From positions 1 to 64,000 of the forward strand of contig CBDFFH010000017.1 in the NCBI GenBank assembly GCA_965246715.1: DNA of 64,000 nt, in the 5' to 3' direction. Made by a program: the position numbers and the translations under genes. How positions within the stretch are numbered: the first letter of the stretch is position 1; every line of letters starts with the position of its first letter. The stretch comes from Chamaesiphon sp. Its GTDB lineage: Bacteria; Cyanobacteriota; Cyanobacteriia; Cyanobacteriales; Chamaesiphonaceae. The notes below the pieces were generated by a model. That model worked only from the letters and a program-made list of their open reading frames with translations. It did not search any database and was not told where the DNA came from. Positions 32,130-40,499 of the stretch are shown here, piece by piece.

Positions 32130-32559
32130 ATGTCCTTATCAAATGCTAGAGCCTTCGAGCTGCGAGTCGAACAGTCATTGGAACTCCGATCGCGGTTAGC
32201 ACAGATAAGATCGCCGATCGATTTGATAGCTCTCGCTCGAGAAGAAGATTTAGAATTAACAGCGGAAGACATGCGAGAAATCGCCCAAGGAGCTTACGGT
32301 GATTGGGTAGTAAAGCTCGAGCCTCCCGTGCGAAGTTTTTTCGATCGAGCACAGCAAACTGAGGCACTCAATCGCGAACTGAAACAGTGTCGATCGCTAG
32401 CAGATGCGTTGGCGAAGCCTACCGGAGGTAATCGACTTAGCTAACCGCAATGGCTTCGCACTGACAGCGAGCGATTTTCACCAAGCCGCAACCGCCGCCG
32501 CCACGATTCCCGGTTTTAGTTTTGAAAAGCTGTGGTTTAGAAACTTGGGGTTGCTATAA
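32130..32559 (+). pseudogene. Tandem Nif11-like domain protein, frameshifted by a 22-nt insertion
   Basis: Removing 32409-32430 restores a 135-aa ORF ending ...DAIDLANRNGFALTASDFHQAATAAATIPGFSFEKLWFRNLGLL*. Confidence 0.75.
32409..32430 (+). mobile_element. SDR5-like small element inserted in a HIP1-like site
   Basis: GCG|TTGGCGAAGCCTACCGGAGGTA|ATCGA; empty site GCGATCGA; TACC-GGA-GGTA mini hairpin. Confidence 0.78.
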
Positions 32560-32802
32560 GCTCAAAGATTCAAGCATATTGAGCTGTCACTTGAGAAACT
32601 ACAAGATACTTTAAATCGATTCAACCTCGCATTTGTAAAGTTAACAGTTATAAAAATTGCTGGAGTTGGGTTAGCTACCTGAAATCATCCAGCTAAAGTC
32701 ACAAACCGGATCTCTTTAGATCGAAGCTTATCTGTTGTTATATCCGCCGATCGCTCCTTCCGCTACGATAGACGAGCAGATACAAAAGGTCGCGATCTCA
32801 GT

Positions 32803-33024
32803 ATGAATGAACGCTCTGTAAAAACTTGTGGTGAATGTCAAAGTCTGTATTTCCCTGAGACATCACTCATGGATGCATTATGCCCAGAATGCTCGCACCT
32901 CCTATATGGTTACGAATCTTGTCCTCACAGCTTTCGAGAGAGCAGGTGTTCGATCTGCTACTGGGATGGTTCGCTATCCCAGTTTACTAAGACACTAAAA
33001 GGTGGACCACCAAGAAGCTCATAA
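32803..33024 (+). CDS. Small Cys-rich (zinc-ribbon-like) hypothetical protein
   Basis: CxxC, CPEC, CxH, CxxC in 73 aa. Confidence 0.65.
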   Translation: MNERSVKTCGECQSLYFPETSLMDALCPECSHLLYGYESCPHSFRESRCSICYWDGSLSQFTKTLKGGPPRSS

Positions 33025-33168
33025 GTAGATAGTTTTAATAAGCTCTATCTCGATCGACATTGTAATTATCACCAGCTGTGCCACAATCTGTCGAGCTAAT
33101 GACTGGGAAGCAATTTGAGTTCTATAACCAAAGTCCGCCTATGTAAACTAAAGCTCGCAGCTCGAGAT

Positions 33169-34110
33169 TTAGTTATGGAGTGTTAAGACGGCTTTGCCGC
33201 GAAACTGGCGATCGGTCAATTGTTGGGCGACCTTGGCGATCTCGCTCCAAGGTGCTTCGATATCGATGTGGGGAATCAGTGCGCCACTAGCAACTAATTT
33301 AACCAAACGTGCTAACCCAACTGCCGCAGGTTGCCGTTTTACCTCATGAAATAAAATAAATCCGTAGAGATTCAAGCCGCCTTTGCCATAAAACTTTGAT
33401 GCATTAAACGTAATCTCCGCTCCTGCAGTTGCGCCAAACATCACACACGTTCCATCCGGTGCTAACTGCTCCAACACCGCTGGTAAAACACTGCCACCCA
33501 CAGAATCCAACACCAGATCGTAAGGTGCATACCGCTCGAATTCCTCACCGACGATAACTCGCTCGGCTCTAGCCGCTATGACAAAATCTACCAATTCGGG
33601 ACGGCGGACTTGAGCGGTGACGATCGCACCGGCCTCTGCTGCTAACTGACAGGCAAAATAACCAACCCCACCAGATGCCCCGGTAATCAATACCGATCGA
33701 TCCAATAACGATCCAACCCGTTCGAGTGCCATTAGCGCTGTCAATCCCGCTACGGGCAAGGTCGCTGCCATTATAAAATCAACCTCATCAGGCAGCGCGG
33801 CGATCGAGTGTGTCGGCACTGCCACTAATTCCGCCCAAGCTCCAGCAGGCAAAAATCCTACGATCCGCGTACCTACAGGAAAACCCGACCCATCAGCCGC
33901 AGCCACCTCGATCGTTCCTGCCAAATCCCAACCCGGTCGCCATCCGGCTGCGGCAGTTTGAGACCTACGGACTTCGCCGCGATTGAGTGAAATTGCGGCA
34001 ACTTTAATCACCGTTTCGTTGGGCAATGGCTGGGGACGAGCGACTTCCTGAATGACCAACCGATCGGCATGAGCTGGATCGACAACAATTGCTTTAACTG
34101 AGTCTGGCAT
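33169..34110 (-). CDS. MDR-superfamily NAD(P)H:quinone oxidoreductase-like protein
   Basis: AISLNRGE, GWDLAG, LITGASGGVG, GKAVL; no catalytic Zn Cys. Confidence 0.9.
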   Translation of the reverse strand: MPDSVKAIVVDPAHADRLVIQEVARPQPLPNETVIKVAAISLNRGEVRRSQTAAAGWRPGWDLAGTIEVAAADGSGFPVGTRIVGFLPAGAWAELVAVPTHSIAALPDEVDFIMAATLPVAGLTALMALERVGSLLDRSVLITGASGGVGYFACQLAAEAGAIVTAQVRRPELVDFVIAARAERVIVGEEFERYAPYDLVLDSVGGSVLPAVLEQLAPDGTCVMFGATAGAEITFNASKFYGKGGLNLYGFILFHEVKRQPAAVGLARLVKLVASGALIPHIDIEAPWSEIAKVAQQLTDRQFRGKAVLTLHN

Positions 34111-34174
34111 TTTTAGGGGATAGGAGATAGGGGTTAGTCAATTCAAAATTGGTAATCCAAAATCCAAAATCAAT

Positions 34175-34795
34175 TTAGGCTGGTGGATTCAGATCTGGTG
34201 CGATCGTGGTATCGATTTCCTGCTCTTGCACGGATAACCCCGCCAAATGGAAAATCGATAAACCGATCGCCACGATCGACAAAACGTAACTGTGTAGAGT
34301 ATAAAGGTGAACTAACGTTTCTGAGGAGATCGCCTCGCCACCCGTAAGAATGGTGCGGAGTGTCGGGCCGATTAACGGGATTGCTTCGATCGTGCCCAGC
34401 TCGATCTTAAACCGCCAAAAGCCCTGCTGAGACCAGTCGAGAATCATCGATGTCCAACCCAAACCGACAGCGTTGAGCGTTAATAAAATCCCACTTACCC
34501 AAGCAACGATCCACGCCGGACGAAATTGCTGGCCAAAAAACATCACGATAATTTGAATCAATGCCAAAATCAAAAAGCCATTTCCCGCCAAGTGATGCAC
34601 CGTCAGGATCAACCAGCCAAAATTAACTTGGGTATCGATCTGTTTGAGTGAAGTGTAAGCATCGCCCGCACTCGGCTCATAGTAAAACGCCAGTAGCAAG
34701 CCAGAAATCGCTGCCGTAAGTACGAGCGAGAGAATGGACACAGCGATGATAGTAGCGAGTTTTTGCAGCCTTACAGTAGTATCTTGGATCGTCAT
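34175..34795 (-). CDS. Divergent cytochrome b6-like protein (PetB paralog)
   Basis: GLLLAFYYEPS..AYTS..VNFGWLILTVHH, WVSG, DWSQQGFW, AIPLIG, LYTLHSYVL. Confidence 0.85.
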   Translation of the reverse strand: MTIQDTTVRLQKLATIIAVSILSLVLTAAISGLLLAFYYEPSAGDAYTSLKQIDTQVNFGWLILTVHHLAGNGFLILALIQIIVMFFGQQFRPAWIVAWVSGILLTLNAVGLGWTSMILDWSQQGFWRFKIELGTIEAIPLIGPTLRTILTGGEAISSETLVHLYTLHSYVLSIVAIGLSIFHLAGLSVQEQEIDTTIAPDLNPPA

Positions 34796-34804
34796 TTCAA
34801 ACTC

Positions 34805-35290
34805 CTAAAACAGACCTAGTGAAAACGCATCTTCGATCGGCAACCGCGCGCCAAAACCCAGCCACAGCGTGACGATCGTACTGAATGAGAAAATCGCGAT
34901 CGATACCCCTCGCCGCAAGCGCGGATCGAACCGAACGAGATTTTCAATGATGGGCAACAGTAACAATCCCGTAGCAAATGCCACCATTGTCACGATCCCC
35001 ACAATTTTGTAAGGAATTAGCCGTACGAGCTGATACACCGGGAGCAGATACCATTCAGGTAGCAAATGTTCGGGTGTGGCAAATGGATCGGCAGGATCGG
35101 GCATGGCGACTGGATTTAGCACTGCTAAGCCGATACACAGCGAGATCGTCCCCAATCCCACTGTCGGAAACAGATACAGAAAATTGTTCAACCACGCCCA
35201 CCGACGGCGACCCGTGCGTTTTGATAGCGTGAGTTCGGGAGTCAGCTGGATCTCGTTTTTACCAGCAGATTGTCGATCGATTTGGGTCAT
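34805..35290 (-). CDS. Divergent cytochrome b6f subunit IV-like protein (PetD paralog)
   Basis: AWLNNFLYLFP, PADPFATPEHLLPEWYLLPVYQ, LWLGFGARLPI, LGLF end. Confidence 0.88.
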   Translation of the reverse strand: MTQIDRQSAGKNEIQLTPELTLSKRTGRRRWAWLNNFLYLFPTVGLGTISLCIGLAVLNPVAMPDPADPFATPEHLLPEWYLLPVYQLVRLIPYKIVGIVTMVAFATGLLLLPIIENLVRFDPRLRRGVSIAIFSFSTIVTLWLGFGARLPIEDAFSLGLF

Positions 35291-35713
35291 GATTTACTCC
35301 TGTTTATCAGTCAAGCCTGCCATTCGATTGCGGATTGCGGATTGCAGCCGAGACGTTTCCTTAAGATTTATTATCTAACATTGACAAGAAAAGCAGGACG
35401 ACCATTTTGGGTAGATCGATCGATTGCGGATTGGGGATGATGTGTGCCGCAGACCTATGCCTTCGTTAAGATGATAAGAAAGTACTCACATCGTTCATTA
35501 GTGAATCATAATTAATGGATTGCGACAAAACTTACTAATGATTACTAAAACTAGTCACTGTCGTCAGGTAAGGTTCGAGCGTCACCGCTCTTACCTCATT
35601 AGAGTCGATGCCCGTGTTACCGCTCTTCCCTCGTCGGGTAAGGGAAGAAGCGTCACCGCTCTCCCCTCCCCTAAGAACTACGCATGAGAGTTTCCAGCTC
35701 ACGTAGCTCAAGC

Positions 35714-35926
35714 CTAACTTCTAGCCTTTGAAACTGGGTTTTTGGAATGTACCTGCTTGTGACAAGCTAAATGCACATGCTGTAGATTGTACTCGTCGTC
35801 AGTACCGCCTTGAGCAACAGGTAATATGTGGTGAGTTTCAATCTCTTCACCGTTTATTAAAGGCTCCCCGCAGATGGGACAAATCCAATTTTGATTTTGA
35901 GCTACTGAGTAATGTTTACTCCCTTT
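35714..35926 (-). pseudogene. HNH endonuclease domain remnant of the intron-encoded protein
   Basis: Translates KGSKHYSVAQNQNWICPICGEPLINGEEIETHHILPVAQGGTDDEYNLQHVHLACHKQVHSK...*, ending just before domain V. Confidence 0.88.
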
Positions 35927-36260
35927 AGATGCTATCTAGTTCAGCGATGGGCTTGGGTTCACACGATTCATAAATAAAGGAGTTATGAATCCGCCCATAA
36001 TATCCTGTCAGCCTTATTTGGATACCTACGTATCACGCCGTTTAATGATAGTTCACTTTCGTTCATCCTCCAAACTACGCATGACCGTTTCCGTATCACG
36101 TAGCTTTCCGGTAATTTTTACGTTTGAAGGCTTCACCATCGTAGCGTCCATATTGAATTTTCTCGTGGCATTGACGGCAAACCACTAAAGTTTTACGTCT
36201 ACGTGCCGACATTTTCTTCATCCATTCTGGACGTTCTTTGCATCCTTGTTGCTTAATATC

Positions 36261-36505
36261 GAACCCATTTGAGATCTTTTCAGTGGGTAGATGTAACAGC
36301 TAAACGTTTGAGCATGAGCCGAATAAAACACAGTTTGAGCTTGGCATTTGAACGTTTGAGTGTGCGGTCGAAATTTTTGACTAAACTTTTGCATCTCTCA
36401 ACCCAAGCATTCGAGCGGTCAATTACCCATCTGGCCGCAACAGGCACAAATCCAGATTGTCCTTTTACTTCCTTGTGAGCTTGAGAAGGTTTGGCTGAGA
36501 GTTTA
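36261..36505 (-). mobile_element. IS5-family transposase C-terminal fragment with right end
   Basis: GFVPVAARWVIDRSNAW..CKSLVKNFDR motif; end-like GAACCCATTTGAGATCT at 36261; left boundary approximate. Confidence 0.82.
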
Positions 36506-36817
36506 AACAATACTTGACTTATGTTCACCATTGGAAACTCCCCTTTGCTCCCTAACCAACTTAGGCTGTCAGTTTGGGTTACTTTCGTGGTCTGCACTCC
36601 ATCATTTTCATTATTTACTGGGGATGTGACCGGACTAATGTTAGTCTTTTACGCAGGGGTAGAGGGTATGAATCCTCTAGGGAAGTAGGCTTCCCGTACT
36701 AAACGACCATTTCAGGTCGCGCCACTAATCAACGAATCGCACCCTCCGGTAGGCTTCCCCAACGTCTGTTACTGCCGAAAATGGCTAGCATCTATCCAAA
36801 GTCGAAAAATTAAAGTA

Positions 36818-37318
36818 ATGACTAAATTATGGATCGATCGCATCGAAAGTCCAATCGGGCAAATTGCGATCGTCATGGACGAATATAGTCTATGTGCGCT
36901 AGATTTTGCCAATTATGAAGCGCGAATGATGTCACTATTGGCGCAACGTTATGACTTCGTGGAATTAGTGCCCCGCAGCAATCCATTAGGGTTCACAGAA
37001 CGGTTGCAAGCATATCTAGCTGGCGATCTGGCAAGTCTAGCAGATATTTCAGTAAAGATGGGTGGAACGGCTTTTCAGCAGCAAATCTGGTCGAAATTGC
37101 GAGAGATTCCGATCGGTGAAACATGGACATACGGACAGTTGGCAAAATCGATCGATCGGCCAACAGCTAGCCGTGCAGTAGGCATGGCAAACTCATTAAA
37201 TCCGATCGCAATTGTCGTGCCCTGCCATCGTGTAATCGGCGCAAAGGGTAAACTGACTGGCTATGCCGGAGGAGTCGATCGGAAAAGCTGGTTATTGCAA
37301 CATGAGGGGTGGAGTTGA
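36818..37318 (+). CDS. ogt: Methylated-DNA--protein-cysteine methyltransferase
   Basis: GTAFQQQIW, SRAVG, VPCHRVIG, LTGYAGG. Confidence 0.95.
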   Translation: MTKLWIDRIESPIGQIAIVMDEYSLCALDFANYEARMMSLLAQRYDFVELVPRSNPLGFTERLQAYLAGDLASLADISVKMGGTAFQQQIWSKLREIPIGETWTYGQLAKSIDRPTASRAVGMANSLNPIAIVVPCHRVIGAKGKLTGYAGGVDRKSWLLQHEGWS

Positions 37319-37405
37319 GAAAATCGATCGGCATCGATCGACCGCCTGCTGTTCTCTTGTAAAATATGTCATGCAACGATCCTTAAATTTTCAGAGCAGA
37401 CTATC

Positions 37406-38143
37406 ATGAGCCAGACGATCGCCGAACTCGACATTCCTAGCCTAGATGCCGAACTGAGTCAGCAAAGCCCTCAAAAGATCTTGCAACGGGCATTGAGCCT
37501 GTTCGACAATATTGCCATTTCCTTCAGTGGGGCTGAGGATGTCGTCCTGATTGACATGGCACACCAAATTAATCCCAATGTCAAAGTCTTTAGTCTCGAT
37601 ACCGGACGACTGCATCCCGAGACGTATCAATTTATCGATCGCGTCAGAAAGCACTATGATATCTCGATCGATGTCGTCTATCCCGAAGCTGCCCCATTAG
37701 AAGCGCTGGTCAAAGCCAAAGGCTTATTTAGTTTCTATGAAGATGGACACCAAGAATGTTGTGGGATTCGCAAAGTCGCCCCGCTCCGGCGTAAATTAGG
37801 CACGCTCGATGCCTGGATTACCGGACAGCGCAAGGATCAAAGTCCTTCGACGCGCGCTAGCGTACCCACGATCCAAGCCGATGGTGGTTTTTCGACACCA
37901 GACCATCCCTTAGTTAAATTGAATCCCTTGACTAATTGGTCGTCTGAAGATGTTTGGTCGTATATTCGTGCTTTTGAGGTGCCGTATAACGCCCTCCACG
38001 AGCGCGGATTTGTCAGTATCGGTTGCGAACCCTGTACGAAACCCACGCTCCCCAACCAACACGAACGGGAAGGACGTTGGTGGTGGGAAGAAGCTACCAA
38101 GAAAGAATGCGGCCTACACGCCCCCAGTTCCACCGCCGAGTAA
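37406..38143 (+). CDS. cysH: Adenylylsulfate/phosphoadenylylsulfate reductase
   Basis: [34 protein letters not shown]. Confidence 0.95.
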   Translation: MSQTIAELDIPSLDAELSQQSPQKILQRALSLFDNIAISFSGAEDVVLIDMAHQINPNVKVFSLDTGRLHPETYQFIDRVRKHYDISIDVVYPEAAPLEALVKAKGLFSFYEDGHQECCGIRKVAPLRRKLGTLDAWITGQRKDQSPSTRASVPTIQADGGFSTPDHPLVKLNPLTNWSSEDVWSYIRAFEVPYNALHERGFVSIGCEPCTKPTLPNQHEREGRWWWEEATKKECGLHAPSSTAE

Positions 38144-38144
38144 A

Positions 38145-38255
38145 AAAATTCCCCTCCTAGGAGGGGTGCCCGATAGGGCGGGGTGGGTCGGGTGTCAAGC
38201 GGAGATGGCGACCCACCCTGTCGCTGCGCGCCACCCCTCCTAGGAGGGGAATTTT
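38145..38255. repeat. Inverted doublet of the AATTCCCCTCC palindromic repeat (REPIN-like)
   Basis: 24-bp IR AAAATTCCCCTCCTAGGAGGGGTG at 38145-38168 / 38232-38255. Confidence 0.85.
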
Positions 38256-38323
38256 AGAGAGTGTTTCGATCTAAAATCCCCCTATCCCCTATTCCCTGAC
38301 TCTCGCAAGAAGTATATTAAAGA

Positions 38324-39085
38324 ATGCTAGATAGCTTACCTTTGACAGCCGCTAAATTCACAGATATTCGGCTGATTGCGACGGATATTGATGGGACGCT
38401 GACTAGTAACAATAAGTTTACTCCGGCATTATTTCAAGCGATCGAATCACTCAAGATCGAAGGAATCGAACTTTTATTAGTTACAGGTAGATCCGCAGGT
38501 TGGGTTGGTGCGATTAATAATTATTTACCCGTTGCGGGTGCGATCGCGGAAAATGGTGGGATATATTTTAATAGTTCGGGTGAATACGATCTGATAACGC
38601 CGATCGAAAGTATCGATGCACATCGTGAAGAGTTGGCGAATAGATTTTGGGAATTACAAGAACGCTATCCCCAAATCGAGGAATCGATCGACAATCAGTT
38701 TCGGGTTACTGATTGGACATTTGATGTCGCGGGTTTGACAGATCTCGAACTCATCGAAATTGCCACACAATGCGAACATTGGGGCTATAGCTTTACCTTT
38801 AGTACCGTGCAATGCCACATCAAACCATTAAAACAAGATAAAGCCTTGGGAATTTTGTGGGCGATCGAGCAATATTTCCCTGATATTATTCCTGCTAATA
38901 TCATTACAGTTGGGGATAGTCCCAATGATGTTAGTATGTTCGATCGAGAGTTATTTCCGCACTCTGTTGGTGTTGCTAATCTCCAACATTATGCTGAGCG
39001 ATTGATACATCATCCTCAATATCTTACTAAGTTGCCTGAAGTAGCTGGCTTTTGTGAATTTGTAGATTTACTAAGGAACCTTTAA
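38324..39085 (+). CDS. HAD-superfamily hydrolase (subfamily IIB)
   Basis: DIDGTL, VTGRS, AENG, GDSPND. Confidence 0.92.
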   Translation: MLDSLPLTAAKFTDIRLIATDIDGTLTSNNKFTPALFQAIESLKIEGIELLLVTGRSAGWVGAINNYLPVAGAIAENGGIYFNSSGEYDLITPIESIDAHREELANRFWELQERYPQIEESIDNQFRVTDWTFDVAGLTDLELIEIATQCEHWGYSFTFSTVQCHIKPLKQDKALGILWAIEQYFPDIIPANIITVGDSPNDVSMFDRELFPHSVGVANLQHYAERLIHHPQYLTKLPEVAGFCEFVDLLRNL

Positions 39086-39132
39086 TCGGTCGATACCGTC
39101 ACTCCCCAGAGTGCCAACATCAAATATTAATC

Positions 39133-39639
39133 ATGATATTTTCCCTTAGTAAAAATGCAGTGTTTTCAACTGCCTTATTATCAGTTGCGATTTGCACGCT
39201 TCAGCCAGCAAGTGCTGAAACTAAATCGACAATTCAACCATTAATTCAAAATAACTATAACAATATTAATGCTGCTTTTGTTCGCAAAGATATCAAGCGA
39301 GCAACTGCATATTTTACAACAGATTATGTGAGTATCAGTTCAAAAGGTGAGAAGCAAACACTAGAAGAATTTCGAACACATTACGATAATTTATTCACTC
39401 GGTTTAATATCGATCTGACATCCAACAAAGCGACAATTAAGAAAATTACGATCGATGCCGAAGGTATAGATGTGGCACTCGAGCAACGTACAGAAGGTAC
39501 GATTGCTAAATTTAACAAAATTGCGATCGATCGCACATATAACGACCGCTGGCTGAAAACTCCTCAAGGATGGCGATTAAAACAGAGTAAAATCATGACC
39601 GATCGCACTACCTTTAATGGCAAAAATTTTGACGGTTAA
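39133..39639 (+). CDS. Secreted NTF2/SnoaL-like (DUF4440-type) protein
   Basis: Signal peptide ASA; AAFVRKD...DRWLKTPQGWRL. Confidence 0.75.
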   Translation: MIFSLSKNAVFSTALLSVAICTLQPASAETKSTIQPLIQNNYNNINAAFVRKDIKRATAYFTTDYVSISSKGEKQTLEEFRTHYDNLFTRFNIDLTSNKATIKKITIDAEGIDVALEQRTEGTIAKFNKIAIDRTYNDRWLKTPQGWRLKQSKIMTDRTTFNGKNFDG

Positions 39640-39701
39640 GTTTAAACATCTGACGCGAAATTTCTGATAACACCAATACTCGAAAACGGCTAATCAATTT
39701 T

Positions 39702-40085
39702 GTCGCGATCGAAATCAGTCGTCAGCTCATCGCTCAGGGTGATCGGGTCGAATTGGTTGTTATTTTCGGTGGATTCACCCCACCAGCACCTCGCCGATTT
39801 AGTCGTGAGTGGACTGCTCGTCAAGTGGAGAAGTTAGCTACACTCGGCTCTAGTTAGATGATGAAGCGGACACAAGAAATAAATTACATGAAGGGGATCG
39901 GACCCAATATTAACAATTTTGTCTCGTTGAGTAGTAGTTTAGATCCAGAAATCCAATAAAAAGTGATGTTTTCGAGCGAGGAAGCTATGGAAAATTACGT
40001 CATCCAAAACTAACCAGGGCGCGTGGCCATTTTTCAACCCATGGAGAAATACAACGGCGAATGTCCCGAACTCGATCGCGAGCTT
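39702..40085 (+). pseudogene. Thioesterase-domain (NRPS/PKS TE-like) pseudogene fragment
   Basis: One frame reads VAIEISRQLIAQGDRVELVVIF...EAMENYVIQN*PGRVAIF with three in-frame stops. Confidence 0.6.
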
Positions 40086-40325
40086 AGAAACTACACTCAA
40101 CAACAATCTCAACTCAATCCACTAGCGATCGAAGCAACGAATACACCGATCTCCGTAGTATAAGCTGTGGTCAAGCTATACTAACTGTAGTTACTACCAA
40201 GCCGACAGCACCTAGCTAGCAACTTTTACCACAGCCACTGATAAAGAATTTGCAGATCTGGGAATAATAGATAGGAAGCCGTCAAATTTATTACTCAATT
40301 GGATGTCGACAGCCGATCGCATTCG

Positions 40326-40349
40326 TTCGCGAAGCCGCTGAGACGGAGC
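40326..40349 (+). mobile_element. SDR5-like 24-nt insertion in a TCGATCGA site
   Basis: TCG|TTCGCGAAGCCGCTGAGACGGAGC|ATCGA; shares TTxGCGAAGCC with 32409-32430. Confidence 0.6.
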
Positions 40350-40499
40350 ATCGATTGACAGATTTGGGTTTCAAAACGCGCTACAACAATCTATCGGTCG
40401 ATAAAATTCAATAATGCTGCGACATTATCATCTTTCTAGCTAGCAAAACAGCTTAAACAACTGCTAACTGCGCGCTCGTCAAATTATTCATGCTGGAAA

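Larger units (their letters stand above)
35633..36742 (-). mobile_element. Group II intron, internally deleted (RT lost), interrupted by an IS5 fragment
   Basis: 5' end GTGCGATTCG at 36742; domain V GAGCTACGTGAGCTGGAAACTCTCATGCGTAGTTC; domain VI ending CTTACCCGAC at 35633. Confidence 0.9.

Noticed and set aside
32130..32559. Nif11-type RiPP (lanthipeptide) precursor cluster
   Set aside because: No GG cleavage motif or core peptide, and no modifying enzyme or peptidase transporter nearby.
35728..36188. + strand small ORFs
   Set aside because: Antisense to the group II intron.
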